DNA of 64,000 nucleotides from Candidatus Woesearchaeota archaeon (lineage in GTDB: Archaea > Nanobdellota > Nanobdellia > Woesearchaeales > 21-14-0-10-32-9). Positions 8,434 through 18,464 of this stretch are shown here, piece after piece. The DNA lies in assembly GCA_047602735.1 (NCBI GenBank), contig JBLKOK010000001.1:78261-142260 (forward strand), in the 5' to 3' direction. Both the position numbers and the translations under genes were made by a program. The notes below the pieces were generated by a model. It was not told where the DNA came from. It searched no databases and saw only the letters and a list, made by a program, of their open reading frames with translations. Within the stretch, counting starts at the first letter, position 1; every line of letters starts with the position of its first letter.

Positions 8434-9486
8434 TTACTTTTTGACATATAATGTTTGAGTAGGATACGCCATATCTATTTTTTCTTTTTCAAATCTTTCT
8501 TTTAAGTCTAAATTCACGTTTTGTTGAATATCCATATATTCCGCATAGTCATTAGATTTAACAAAATAAACAACTTCGTAATCTAGTGAGAAATCGTTAA
8601 ACGCTTTGAAATGAACCCTGTCTAAGTCCGCATTATCAACTTTATCAAATATTTCAGAAACAATTTTAGGAATTTTTCTCATCTTCTTAGCAGGAGTTTC
8701 ATAAACTATTCCAAACTCAAAGACTATTCTTCTTTGCTTCATCCTTTTAAAATTATTAACTCTTGTTTCAGTTAACTCTTTATTACTTATTACTAGTTCT
8801 TGGCCTTGAAGAGTTTTTATTCTGGTGGTTTTAATACCAATTTTTTGAACAACACCACTATCAGATCCCGTTACTATGAAATCTCCAACTCTAAACGGTT
8901 TATCAAAATAAATAGTTATACTTGCAAAAAGATCAGTTAGAACTCCTTGCAAAGCAATTGCTATTGCAAGTCCCCCTATACCAAGACCAGCTATAAACGT
9001 AGTTATTTGCACGCCTAAGTTTGATAAAACAAATAATATTGCAAACACCCAAACTAAACCCTTAGCAAGTGACGCTAAGAAATCAACTAGTGCAGAGTCG
9101 TGAACATTATCTGCTTCTTGTTTTTTGATTATTTCTTCTTTTATGTGAGTTATCACTATTGATAAACTCTTAATAGCATAGTATACTAATACAACTAATA
9201 ATAGGTAATTCATAAAAATATTAAATAAAGAGTTTGTGTATAAGTATAACGTGCTAAAATAAAGACTAATCCAAGCATAAAAAGGCCAACCAAATCCTTG
9301 TAGTATTTCTACAGCTATATCATCTAGCTGCGTCTTAGTTTTTTTAGCAAATTTTTCTAATTTTACTAATATAACATATTTGAATAAGAATAAAAAAAAC
9401 CATATTACTACAAATAGACTAAAAGCTATTATCCAATCTTGGACTGTGTTTGAGAATAATTCATAATTTAAGTATTCAAGCATCAT
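8434..9486 (-). CDS. Small-conductance mechanosensitive channel (MscS family)
   Basis: Multiple TM segments are followed by the MscS beta domain FRVGDFIVTGSDSGVVQKIGIKTTRIKTLQGQELVISNKEL. Confidence 0.85.
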   Translation of the reverse strand: MMLEYLNYELFSNTVQDWIIAFSLFVVIWFFLFLFKYVILVKLEKFAKKTKTQLDDIAVEILQGFGWPFYAWISLYFSTLYLYTNSLFNIFMNYLLLVVLVYYAIKSLSIVITHIKEEIIKKQEADNVHDSALVDFLASLAKGLVWVFAILFVLSNLGVQITTFIAGLGIGGLAIAIALQGVLTDLFASITIYFDKPFRVGDFIVTGSDSGVVQKIGIKTTRIKTLQGQELVISNKELTETRVNNFKRMKQRRIVFEFGIVYETPAKKMRKIPKIVSEIFDKVDNADLDRVHFKAFNDFSLDYEVVYFVKSNDYAEYMDIQQNVNLDLKERFEKEKIDMAYPTQTLYVKK

Positions 9487-9508
9487 GTTTTAGAATGAGA
9501 ACTTATAT

Positions 9509-10303
9509 TTATAGCTTTTGGAGCCAAGAACCATACCTAGTGTAATTAAAAGAGTAAGGTTTTTTTGAAATATTGTTTTTTGAGATTAGTAACCACTGAT
9601 TTTTTGATAAGCCAAATAAGTTTAGCCGAGTTAATAAATAAAAGAAAGGTTTAAACAAAAACATAGGTACTTTTAGACAAACCTTATTTTTTGAAGATTT
9701 ATATTTTTTTACAAAATCATAAAAAGTCATTTTCTCAGGACCAGCAACCTCAATTATACCTTTTTTTGTTTTTAGATGTTTATTTATTATCTTAGCAATA
9801 TCTTCAACGAAGACTGGTTGGACTTGGAACTTAAAGTTTGGAAAAAAAGGAACATTCTTAATTTGTTTAAAAAGCTCTGAACCTTCTCCAAAAATCATAG
9901 AAGGCCTAATAATTAAAGTGTTCGTTTTACTAGAAAGTATTATTTGTTCAGCTTTTCCTTTTGTTCTTAGATATTCATTCTTAGACTTTTTATTTGCACC
10001 TATAGCTGATACGTGTATGAATCTTTGATTTTTATTTAAAGAAAACAATATATTCCTAACTCCTAAGACATGAACATCAGAGTAAGACGTTTTAGAAGGC
10101 TCTTTTATTGGAGAAAGACCCGTGAGATTTATTATAACATCATATTTTGGAATTATCTTTTTTACCTTTTCTAAATTCAATATATCCGCTTTTACATGCT
10201 TTTTTTTAGAGCCAGACCTACTCATAGTATAAACATCAGCTTTTATTAAAGGCGAAATATTATTACCTAAAAAACCAGTTCCGCCAATTATTAAGACTTT
10301 CAT
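9509..10303 (-). CDS. NAD(P)-binding Rossmann protein (atypical SDR/NmrA/epimerase-like)
   Basis: The N-terminal MKVLIIGGTGFLG is a glycine-rich dinucleotide fold. Confidence 0.65.
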   Translation of the reverse strand: MKVLIIGGTGFLGNNISPLIKADVYTMSRSGSKKKHVKADILNLEKVKKIIPKYDVIINLTGLSPIKEPSKTSYSDVHVLGVRNILFSLNKNQRFIHVSAIGANKKSKNEYLRTKGKAEQIILSSKTNTLIIRPSMIFGEGSELFKQIKNVPFFPNFKFQVQPVFVEDIAKIINKHLKTKKGIIEVAGPEKMTFYDFVKKYKSSKNKVCLKVPMFLFKPFFYLLTRLNLFGLSKNQWLLISKNNISKKPYSFNYTRYGSWLQKL

Positions 10304-10536
10304 TTCTTCTTGATTTTTTTAATAGCAAGAGAATCTATTGCATCCGGACTTGTATCAGATTTAGTCATAGTAAACATACTAGCTATGAACATCATTAAGA
10401 AAAATATCATGAATGTAAACCCCCAACTAGTGCTTATTTGAGGCATTATATACATAACACTCACTAAGAAACCTAATATTGATATAAGCATAAATTTACT
10501 ATCTAATGGAGCTATTTTAACTTTCATAATTCTCAC
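10300..10536 (-). CDS. Small membrane protein (78 aa, two hydrophobic segments)
   Basis: Two TM-like stretches; it has a 4-nt overlap with the downstream SDR gene. Confidence 0.5.
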   Translation of the reverse strand: MRIMKVKIAPLDSKFMLISILGFLVSVMYIMPQISTSWGFTFMIFFLMMFIASMFTMTKSDTSPDAIDSLAIKKIKKK

Positions 10537-10558
10537 CTATTAATTATTGTTGTTAAAC

Positions 10559-11017
10559 TTATTTATAATGATTTTGTTCTAAGAATTCTTTAAATACCTT
10601 TATTGCTACATCTTTATTTTTTGGATAAGCTGCTATGTTAAAAGTGAAATGAACACAATCTCCTTTTTCAGTTAACAAGTATTCATCATCTAAAAAGCTT
10701 AGTTTGTCCAATCTTAAATAAAAATTACACGAATCATCTATTCTTTTTTCATAGTTTAAATCAGAAGATACTTTTGATAATAGGAAATTTGCAAGATCTT
10801 TTGTTTGTTTATCTTTTTTTATGTTAAATGTTAAAATAGTTATTTTTTTATCTAAAAAACCAAGTGCTTGTGATTCTTCTAGTTTTATTTTAAATCCTAA
10901 CGCTTCTTGTAGGTCAACTATTTTTTTTATTAACTCGGCTTTGTTTTCATGACTATAAACAAACAGCCTCATATTTATTGAGTGAAAGTATTTCATACAG
11001 ATTAGTATAAAAGACAT
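10559..11017 (-). CDS. Hypothetical protein (true start possibly the internal MRLFVYSH)
   Basis: ORF only. Confidence 0.4.
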   Translation of the reverse strand: MSFILICMKYFHSINMRLFVYSHENKAELIKKIVDLQEALGFKIKLEESQALGFLDKKITILTFNIKKDKQTKDLANFLLSKVSSDLNYEKRIDDSCNFYLRLDKLSFLDDEYLLTEKGDCVHFTFNIAAYPKNKDVAIKVFKEFLEQNHYK

Positions 11018-11049
11018 ATTTAAATAGATTATTACCTATAAGGCTTAGT

Positions 11050-11940
11050 ATGAAGCATAATATTACTGCCACAATTCTTCTTATAAGTGTTTTTATCTTA
11101 GCACAAATAGTTGGTTTGAGCTTTGTTAGTATGAGTACTCAGACAACAACTGTTGAAGGAGAAATAGTTGTTGGGTTTGATAGTACTAGTATAGGGGAGA
11201 GACCAGAAACACAAGGTTTTGAAACACTCATAATATTATTTTTAGGTATAACTATTGGTACTTTGATTTTGCTTTATATAGCAAAAAAGAATAAGATTAA
11301 TATGTGGAGAGCTTGGTTTTTTATTGCCAGCCTTATTGCAATTAGCATAAGTCTTGGAGTTATTTTAGAGGGAATAATACTTTGGATTTTTACTTTGATT
11401 ATAGTTATGCTTAGATTTTATAGACCTAATTTTTTTACAACAAACACCGCCGAAATATTAATGTATAGCGGACTTGCAGTGTTTTTAGTTCCAATACTTG
11501 ATGTTAGCACTATGTTAGTTATTTTAATTCTTATAAGCTTATATGACATGTATGCTGTATGGAAGAGTAAACACATGGTTACTATGGCTAAGTTTACTTC
11601 AGATAATAATTTGTTTCCAGGTCTTAGCTTAAAATATAATAGAAAGAAAAAAGATGAAACAACAAATAGTAAAATAATTAAAAGTAGTAAAACAATAGGT
11701 GTGATTGGAGGAGGAGATGTTGTTTTTCCTCTGCTTTTTGCAGGTACAATATTAGTTAGTTTAGTGTCTAAAGGAGTTAGTAAGAACTTAGCATTTGCTC
11801 AAAGTAGCATAATAATTTTTATGAGTGCTATTAGCTTATTGACATTATTTTATTTTTCAAAAAAAGAAAAATTTTACCCGGCAATGCCATTTATAACAAT
11901 TGGATGTTTAATAGGATACGTTATAATACTTTTAATCTAG
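11050..11940 (+). CDS. Presenilin/signal-peptide-peptidase family intramembrane aspartyl protease (A22)
   Basis: A polytopic protein with the three family signatures: LYDMYAV (YD), GGGDVVFP (GxGD) and PAMPFI (PAL-like). Confidence 0.8.
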   Translation: MKHNITATILLISVFILAQIVGLSFVSMSTQTTTVEGEIVVGFDSTSIGERPETQGFETLIILFLGITIGTLILLYIAKKNKINMWRAWFFIASLIAISISLGVILEGIILWIFTLIIVMLRFYRPNFFTTNTAEILMYSGLAVFLVPILDVSTMLVILILISLYDMYAVWKSKHMVTMAKFTSDNNLFPGLSLKYNRKKKDETTNSKIIKSSKTIGVIGGGDVVFPLLFAGTILVSLVSKGVSKNLAFAQSSIIIFMSAISLLTLFYFSKKEKFYPAMPFITIGCLIGYVIILLI

Positions 11941-12576
11941 TAAGAATTCATCATCTACTTCTACCTTAACTTCTTCTTTTAGTGGTTTTTCTTCAGATTT
12001 ATTTTTATTCGGAGTATTTTTAGTCTTTAAAACAGTTTTTTTGGTCTTCTTAGCAGCCTTATTAGTGTTTTTAGTTGATGGTTTTATGTTTGATACCTTA
12101 AAATCATATACTTTTATTGCAGATATTTCAACTCCGAATTCTTTTAATTTATCTACAACACTCTTTTTAATTTCTTCTAATAATTTAGAACCATTCTTTA
12201 ATATGTACTCAGAATCTTTTTGACCAATAACTACTTTTATAGCGCTTCTAACTGTTTGAACTATTATTGTGTCTATGTCTTCAACATCTAATGTTTTTGC
12301 AGGCTCGACTATTTTAATAAAAGCAGCAGACTTAATTTGAACTTTACAATCAATTATTGATACTTCTAAATCTTTTAAATCAACTGATCTTTGTTTTACT
12401 TTAACATAGGTTAATTTTTCTATTAGCGGAAATATTAAGGATATACCCGGGCCAATTGTTCTTGTTTGTTTTCCTAGTGTGTAAACAACACCTCTTTGAT
12501 AATGATTAAAGAATCTAAATCCGAACGCTAAGTATATTATTAGTAAAATAAACACTATTAAAATTATTATTTCCAT
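11932..12576 (-). CDS. SPFH/band-7 (stomatin-like) membrane protein with a Lys-rich tail
   Basis: An N-terminal TM is followed by NHYQRGVVYTLGKQTRTIGPGISLIFPLIE, typical of SPFH domains. Confidence 0.75.
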   Translation of the reverse strand: MEIIILIVFILLIIYLAFGFRFFNHYQRGVVYTLGKQTRTIGPGISLIFPLIEKLTYVKVKQRSVDLKDLEVSIIDCKVQIKSAAFIKIVEPAKTLDVEDIDTIIVQTVRSAIKVVIGQKDSEYILKNGSKLLEEIKKSVVDKLKEFGVEISAIKVYDFKVSNIKPSTKNTNKAAKKTKKTVLKTKNTPNKNKSEEKPLKEEVKVEVDDEFLLD

Positions 12577-12615
12577 TTTTGTTAATAAGTTGTTTTGTTT
12601 AATATAGTTTACTAA

Positions 12616-13812
12616 TTAAACCTTGAACTCACCGTTTTCATATATGACTTTCTTAGAGCCATCTTTTAGAGTAGCCGTTACCTTTCTTTTGTTAGTGGAC
12701 ACTATGTCTGTGTGTACAGATGATTCGTTAAAACCTAGCTCTTCCCATTGTTCTTTTGATACTTTAGAAGGATCTTTTGTATAACTATCTTTATATGCAC
12801 TTCCAAGAGCTATATGCGTGTTTCCTTGTTCTCCACCCACATTTTCATCAAATAGTGTTTCTCCCATAAACTTTGTTATTCTTGAAAGCCTCCTATCAGT
12901 TAGACTAAACTCCCCAACCATATCTGCTCCTTTTGTTGCAATCATATCTTTTAATACTTTAAGACCAGTAGAAGCATCAGCCTTTGTTACTCTTCCATTT
13001 TCAAATTCTAAATATACATCTTGAATTAAATTACCATACCTATACAGATCTTTGTTGAAACGTATCTTTCCACTAGTTCTTTTACAATCAGGACTTATAT
13101 AGAGCTCAAAGCTAGGTATGTTTCTTCCACTTCCACCAAGCCACTTCCTGTTTTCATCAAGCCCAATAATTAAATCAGTGTCTAAAGATTCTATTCTTAA
13201 ATAATCAATATCTAAAGAATTAAGCTCTTTTCTTACACGCTCAATTTCATCTACAACTTCTCTCCATTTTAAAACAGGGTCTTCTTCATCTAAGTAACAA
13301 GCATTTATTATTTCTCCCCAATACTCTTCTAATGACATATTTACTTCATTTGCCATTTGTTTAGTTCCATAAAGAGCAAGAGTCCAAGTTAGCTTACCTT
13401 TATTTTCTTTTTCTTGAATTTTTTCTCTAAACTCTTTTAATGCTTCTCCTCTAGCCATAATTTTTTTAGAATCAATTCCTTCTAACTCTTTTTTATTAGT
13501 TTCAGCAATTATGCTTACAAGATGATCAATTTGGTCAATTATTCCATCCATATATTTTTTTGGATAAAAAGTTATTTGCTCCTCCGAACCATTTTCAAAA
13601 ATGTCTCTTTTCATATCATCTGGAGAAAAATGAACTATTGGATGCCCCCCAGCCTCTAATACTTTTTTGTACAAAGATTTTAACATAGGCTTTGCGCATT
13701 CAGGAACTCTTAGAAGAACTACGTCATCTTTTTTTATTCCTTTAAAATCATTTAATGCAAATTTTATTAATAAATCCGCGTACTTGTCCAATATTTCTTT
13801 AGAAACCACCAT
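12616..13812 (-). CDS. M29-family aminopeptidase (AmpS/PepS-like)
   Basis: The length and motifs (GNTHIALGSAY, VHTDIV) match thermophilic-type aminopeptidase T/S. Confidence 0.75.
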   Translation of the reverse strand: MVVSKEILDKYADLLIKFALNDFKGIKKDDVVLLRVPECAKPMLKSLYKKVLEAGGHPIVHFSPDDMKRDIFENGSEEQITFYPKKYMDGIIDQIDHLVSIIAETNKKELEGIDSKKIMARGEALKEFREKIQEKENKGKLTWTLALYGTKQMANEVNMSLEEYWGEIINACYLDEEDPVLKWREVVDEIERVRKELNSLDIDYLRIESLDTDLIIGLDENRKWLGGSGRNIPSFELYISPDCKRTSGKIRFNKDLYRYGNLIQDVYLEFENGRVTKADASTGLKVLKDMIATKGADMVGEFSLTDRRLSRITKFMGETLFDENVGGEQGNTHIALGSAYKDSYTKDPSKVSKEQWEELGFNESSVHTDIVSTNKRKVTATLKDGSKKVIYENGEFKV

Positions 13813-13860
13813 TATAAATTTTAAGAAAATGAATACTATATAAATTTTTTTTAAATAAAG

Positions 13861-14373
13861 TTATTTTTGATATAAAAAAGGAGTTCTAAATCTTACGTCT
13901 TTTTTTAAACCATCTAAAACAACTAATAATTCATAATCATTAAAATCTTCCCAACTAATAAGTAACGCGTCATACCCTAAAAGCCCTTCTTTCTTATTAT
14001 CTACAATAAATAAAGATAGTCCTTCAATATTTATTTCATGAATACTTGCAATTTTAATATTTTGCAAGTCTTCAGTTCGTATCACTTTTCTTTTAGACGC
14101 AATTAAATTATATCCCTCGTCCAACATCGTTTCCTTTAAATTAATATTTTCATAAGTATATGCTTTTCTTCCAATTATTATTTTATCTACCTCATCATTA
14201 TTTAAACTTATAAGAGCACTTGCAGCACTATCAAAAACAACGTAGTTATAATTAGGATAATTAGTAGTTACAAAATCTTGCATAGTAGGACAAAATCCAA
14301 TAGTTAAATTATTTGAAGGAATACAACTAACAATTAATACTAATACTGATAGAAACAATATTTTTTTAACCAT
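13861..14373 (-). CDS. Secreted or lipobox protein of unknown function, last gene of the redox operon
   Basis: It has a signal peptide ending in LIVSC and overlaps the upstream flavoprotein gene by 8 nt. Confidence 0.5.
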   Translation of the reverse strand: MVKKILFLSVLVLIVSCIPSNNLTIGFCPTMQDFVTTNYPNYNYVVFDSAASALISLNNDEVDKIIIGRKAYTYENINLKETMLDEGYNLIASKRKVIRTEDLQNIKIASIHEINIEGLSLFIVDNKKEGLLGYDALLISWEDFNDYELLVVLDGLKKDVRFRTPFLYQK

Positions 14374-15610
14374 ATTTTATCTCTATTTTTTTTATAGCTA
14401 TTTTTGCAGCTTCAATTAAAGGATCTTTTATGTTAGCCACACAAGGATTATAACAAGTATCTACTTTTACCAAATCATAAATAGTTAGTTTAGATCTTAT
14501 AAACCCCGAGACCATATTTAATCTCCCAGCAACTTCTTCTTTACCAATTATTTGGCAACCTAAAATTAAACCCTTAGAATTACATATAATTTTTAAAATA
14601 TATTCTTCACCACCACAAGTCATATATTTATTAGTTGTTGTAATTTTAGAAACTACTATATTCTCAAAAATAGTATTAGCAATATTTTTAGTTAATCCGA
14701 CGCTTCCAATCACTAAATCACCAATTTTTGAAACCGAGTTTGGTATAAAACCCCCATATTTTTTTTGATTATCTGATAAAATATTTTTTGCTAAGAATTC
14801 ACCTTGCTTTTGAGCTATACTTCCAAGCATGCAATATTCGTATTTATTTGTTATTAAATTTTTAGTTTTAGCCATATCTCCTATTAAATAAGTATTTTTA
14901 TCAATCATTAACTTCTCATTAGGACGATATTTTAAGTCTAATTTTTTTAATATATCAAGATCTGGTTTAAATCCAGTTGAAATAACTAAGTTCTTAGTTT
15001 TGATTTGTTTTATATCAGTTATTTTTTTATTTAAAATAATATTTATACCCTTTTTTTTAAGATAATCGTATACCTTACTAGACATATCTTTATCTAAGTA
15101 ATTAGCAAGCAATGAATCTTTTGATTCCACAATAGTTACGTCAGAGTTCTTAGCTAACGCAAAAGCTAATTCTAATCCTATATAACCTCCCCCTAAAATT
15201 GTTGTGTTTCCAGTTATTTTTTTTAATTTAATTGCATCTTGTTTTGTTTTTAATAAAAAAAAGTCTTTTAATCCTTTTATTTTTGGAATTATTGGTTTAG
15301 ATCCTGTTGCTAATACCAATACATCATAACCAAGAGATTTTTCAATAGATCCATCAAATAAAACTAATGAATTATTTTTTCTTTTAATAGGAAAATGTTG
15401 TTTTAAAAAATTTATATTATCTTCTTTGTAAGAATTGTAAACATCTACACTGCTAATCTTGCCTTCAATAAAATATGGAAGACTGCAAGGACTATATTGA
15501 TTATTGTTTGTTTTATCAACTAATGTTATGTCTACATCTTTATTATAAAACCTTAATTTTCTTGCAAAAGCAGTACCTGCAGTTCCACCACCAACTATTA
15601 CTATTTTCAT
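14366..15610 (-). CDS. FAD-dependent pyridine nucleotide-disulfide oxidoreductase (CoA-disulfide reductase / NADH oxidase family, single redox Cys)
   Basis: MKIVIVGGGTAGTA is the FAD fold. YSPCSLPYFI matches the Cys42 motif of the Nox/Npx/CoADR family. A second GGGYIGLE motif is the NAD fold. Confidence 0.8.
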   Translation of the reverse strand: MKIVIVGGGTAGTAFARKLRFYNKDVDITLVDKTNNNQYSPCSLPYFIEGKISSVDVYNSYKEDNINFLKQHFPIKRKNNSLVLFDGSIEKSLGYDVLVLATGSKPIIPKIKGLKDFFLLKTKQDAIKLKKITGNTTILGGGYIGLELAFALAKNSDVTIVESKDSLLANYLDKDMSSKVYDYLKKKGINIILNKKITDIKQIKTKNLVISTGFKPDLDILKKLDLKYRPNEKLMIDKNTYLIGDMAKTKNLITNKYEYCMLGSIAQKQGEFLAKNILSDNQKKYGGFIPNSVSKIGDLVIGSVGLTKNIANTIFENIVVSKITTTNKYMTCGGEEYILKIICNSKGLILGCQIIGKEEVAGRLNMVSGFIRSKLTIYDLVKVDTCYNPCVANIKDPLIEAAKIAIKKIEIKYG

Positions 15611-16017
15611 TTTAACATTTCTTCACATTCTTCGCTTAAACATTTAATAACTAAGTCTTCCATTTCTTGAGCCAATCTTTGACTAAAACCAACAAACGTT
15701 TGATTAGCAATAAATGTGGTTGGAACACCCCTTACAGTAACACCATATTCATTTGCTACTCTTCTAAATAATTCTTGATTTGTTCTATTTGAATATATTT
15801 CAAATCTTAATATTTCAACATCATGTCTTTGTTCTAACTCATCTAAAAAAGGCTTTTGTTGAGTGCAAATAGGGCATGTATTTCCCCAAAAATAATATAT
15901 TGTTAATTTGTCCTCTGACCCAAAATAACTATCTTCAAAACTAAACTCTTCCTCATATTGATTAGAACAACCACTAACAACCAATAATGCTAATAATATA
16001 TATACATAATATTTCAT
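15607..16017 (-). CDS. Secreted thioredoxin-fold protein with lipobox (CPIC active site)
   Basis: The signal peptide ends in VVSGC. It contains WGNTCPICTQQ (CxxC) and the cis-Pro region VPTTF. Confidence 0.75.
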   Translation of the reverse strand: MKYYVYILLALLVVSGCSNQYEEEFSFEDSYFGSEDKLTIYYFWGNTCPICTQQKPFLDELEQRHDVEILRFEIYSNRTNQELFRRVANEYGVTVRGVPTTFIANQTFVGFSQRLAQEMEDLVIKCLSEECEEMLK

Positions 16018-16394
16018 TTTATTTTATCCCCATAATATTTTTTTGCTTTTTCACTACTCATTAAATCACTTTCTTTAGTTTCCACCGTTAGCTTAACAAT
16101 CCAATTTTTATACGAATCTTCATTTAATAAATTAGGTTCATCAAACAATCCATCGTTTACTTCAACTACTTCGCCTTCAACAGGACAAGATAAATCACCA
16201 GACCACTTTAAAGAATTTATTGTGACATAAGTTTCATTTAATTTTATTTTTTGACCTTTTTTTGGAAGATCTATAAGTACAATTTCTTTAATGTTATCAA
16301 CTGACTCTTGAATCATACCAACAGTAGCTATACCTTTACTTATTTTAATCCAAGAAAAATCTTTATTATATACTAAGTTTTTTGGAAAGCTCAT
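16014..16394 (-). CDS. Glycine-cleavage H-protein-like lipoyl-carrier protein
   Basis: WIKI..G.ATVGM and INSLKWSGDLSCPVEGEVVEVN align with the GcvH ESVKA...PVSGEVVEVN motif, and the lipoyl-Lys position is retained. Confidence 0.7.
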   Translation of the reverse strand: MSFPKNLVYNKDFSWIKISKGIATVGMIQESVDNIKEIVLIDLPKKGQKIKLNETYVTINSLKWSGDLSCPVEGEVVEVNDGLFDEPNLLNEDSYKNWIVKLTVETKESDLMSSEKAKKYYGDKIK

Positions 16395-17284
16395 TTTAAT
16401 TTCTTTGCACCTCTTTCAATAAGTATTATTAATCCACTAAACAAGATAGAGCCTAACACAACCAATAGTGCATAAGACATATTATACATTAAACTGCTAT
16501 CTATTATTAGTATTAATGCTAAAGCTATTATTAATATTCCTCCAATCAATTTTAATGCTCTTCCTTTAAATTCTGTCATTTTAAATGATTTTAATGTTAT
16601 TAATACTGTGATCAATATCATTATTTCTATTGCTAAATAAACAAATAAATATAATAATAAAAACCAAAAAAAGTTTGAAGAAGCAGTAGTAGTTATTATA
16701 CCCGACCAAATTAGAGGAAGACCCGCCGTGCAAGGAAGTTCTATTATGGAGATCCCAAGAGCCATAACAATAGTTGAAAATATTAGTATGTGATTTTTTT
16801 CTTCACGTATTAGGTTTCTTGATTTTTTGAATATCTCTGGCTTATATTTATCAGGTATTGTAAAACTTATACCTTTTTTGTAGAAAAAATAGTCTTTTAC
16901 ATTGACTAAACCAAATATTAAAGCAAGTATTGCAACAAAGTAAGTTATTGATGTTAGTTGATTCATAAAAGTAAAAATAGTGAATATACCTGCTATGAAC
17001 AAACCATAAACAGCCGCAGTTGTAAATAAAAATACACTACCAACAAGAGCTATCTTTTTTCTAGACTTTGTGTGTATTATCATACCCAACAAAAATAATA
17101 AAACCCAAATACTACAAGGGTTAAAACCATCCGCACCTGCAATAAGTATGGTTGCTAAAAACAGAGGCATTTGTTCAACATCAACAGCACCAATTATAGG
17201 CACGTCTAATATTTGATCTGCAGATACCACTGGTAAAATAAATACAGTTAATAATATTATTAATAATAGTTTTTTTATTCGCAT
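16391..17284 (-). CDS. CcdA/DsbD-like transmembrane thiol-disulfide electron transporter
   Basis: A polytopic protein with two intramembrane Pro-Cys motifs (GFNPCSIW and ELPCTAGLP), as in the DsbD/CcdA family. Confidence 0.55.
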   Translation of the reverse strand: MRIKKLLLIILLTVFILPVVSADQILDVPIIGAVDVEQMPLFLATILIAGADGFNPCSIWVLLFLLGMIIHTKSRKKIALVGSVFLFTTAAVYGLFIAGIFTIFTFMNQLTSITYFVAILALIFGLVNVKDYFFYKKGISFTIPDKYKPEIFKKSRNLIREEKNHILIFSTIVMALGISIIELPCTAGLPLIWSGIITTTASSNFFWFLLLYLFVYLAIEIMILITVLITLKSFKMTEFKGRALKLIGGILIIALALILIIDSSLMYNMSYALLVVLGSILFSGLIILIERGAKKLK

Positions 17285-17336
17285 ACTAATAATAATACTT
17301 GAAATGCTTTATAAACCTATTTTTCAAATAATGAAA

Positions 17337-17807
17337 TCATAAAAAAAGCTTTTTTAAATTATCATTTAATTTAATTTTGTGAGTCATACCTTTACTGGTT
17401 TTATAAATTATTTGTTTAGCCTCTAAATTTTTAAGTCTTCGATGTAATTTTACATTAGACATTTTTAGTTTTGAAGCAAGCTTGCTTTGATAGTCTTCAC
17501 CTTTATTGTTTATTAAATGATTAACAATATTTTTTTCATCTGAATCTAAAAAGTTCAAAGTTTCTATTAACAATTTTTTATGTTTAATTTGATCTTTTTC
17601 AACAGCTTTGCTATGAAAATAATAAGTTATACTTCCTGAGAAGAGACCAAGACTTGCAAGAGCTAATAATATTAAATATAAAGACGTTTCACACCCACAA
17701 CTTTTGGTTATAGTATAATTTTCTTGAACAAATATTATTAGAGATAAAACTATAAACATGAATAACGTTATTATACCAAGACTTGCAAATATATATTTCT
17801 TGTTCAT
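17337..17807 (-). CDS. Membrane-anchored winged-helix transcription regulator (MarR/ArsR-like) with a CGC motif
   Basis: Two TM segments flank SCGCETS. The C-terminal wHTH is YQSKLASKLKMSNVKLHRRLKNLEAKQIIYK. Confidence 0.6.
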   Translation of the reverse strand: MNKKYIFASLGIITLFMFIVLSLIIFVQENYTITKSCGCETSLYLILLALASLGLFSGSITYYFHSKAVEKDQIKHKKLLIETLNFLDSDEKNIVNHLINNKGEDYQSKLASKLKMSNVKLHRRLKNLEAKQIIYKTSKGMTHKIKLNDNLKKLFL

Positions 17808-17915
17808 TTCTAAAATACACTCACTAAGATAAACTATAATAGTAATAGATATATAAATGTATTTTTGTTAAATATATACAATACTTTTTTATATTCATAG
17901 TTTTATCTAATAGTT

Positions 17916-18464
17916 ATGACAGAGCAATCTAAAAGACGAAAAAAAATCAAAACCATTTTTTCACAACATAAAATATTAACCGAGAATAGTGATGAAGCCA
18001 GAGAATTATATCAGCAAAATAGGTTTGGAACTATGACTGATGATGGCCAAGTACAACTTAGTTTACACGAAGCACTCTATCTTTTAGAAAAAGGAAGACT
18101 AAGCATGTTAGATGGTAGAAAAAAAGAACTTAGCATGTCAGAAGTGATTAAAAAAAGTAAGAAATCAGAACCTAACTTTTTGATAAGATACGCTGTTTTT
18201 AAAGATATGAGAAACAGAGGATATATTATTAAGACAGCTTTAAAATTTGGAGCAGACTTTAGAGTTTATGATAGAGGAGTAAAACCTGGAGAAGATCACG
18301 CTAGATGGGTAGTATATCCTGTTCATGAAGGTTCAACACTTACATGGTATGAGTTTGCAGCAAAGAACAGAGTTGCACATAGTACAAAGAAAAGACTTAT
18401 GCTTGCAGTTGTAGATGACGAATCAGATGTTACTTATTGGGAAGTTAAATGGATTAGACCATGA
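17916..18464 (+). CDS. endA: tRNA-splicing endonuclease
   Basis: YAVFKDMRNRGYIIKTALKFGADFRVY and HARWVV match the catalytic C-terminal domain of archaeal EndA. Confidence 0.85.
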   Translation: MTEQSKRRKKIKTIFSQHKILTENSDEARELYQQNRFGTMTDDGQVQLSLHEALYLLEKGRLSMLDGRKKELSMSEVIKKSKKSEPNFLIRYAVFKDMRNRGYIIKTALKFGADFRVYDRGVKPGEDHARWVVYPVHEGSTLTWYEFAAKNRVAHSTKKRLMLAVVDDESDVTYWEVKWIRP

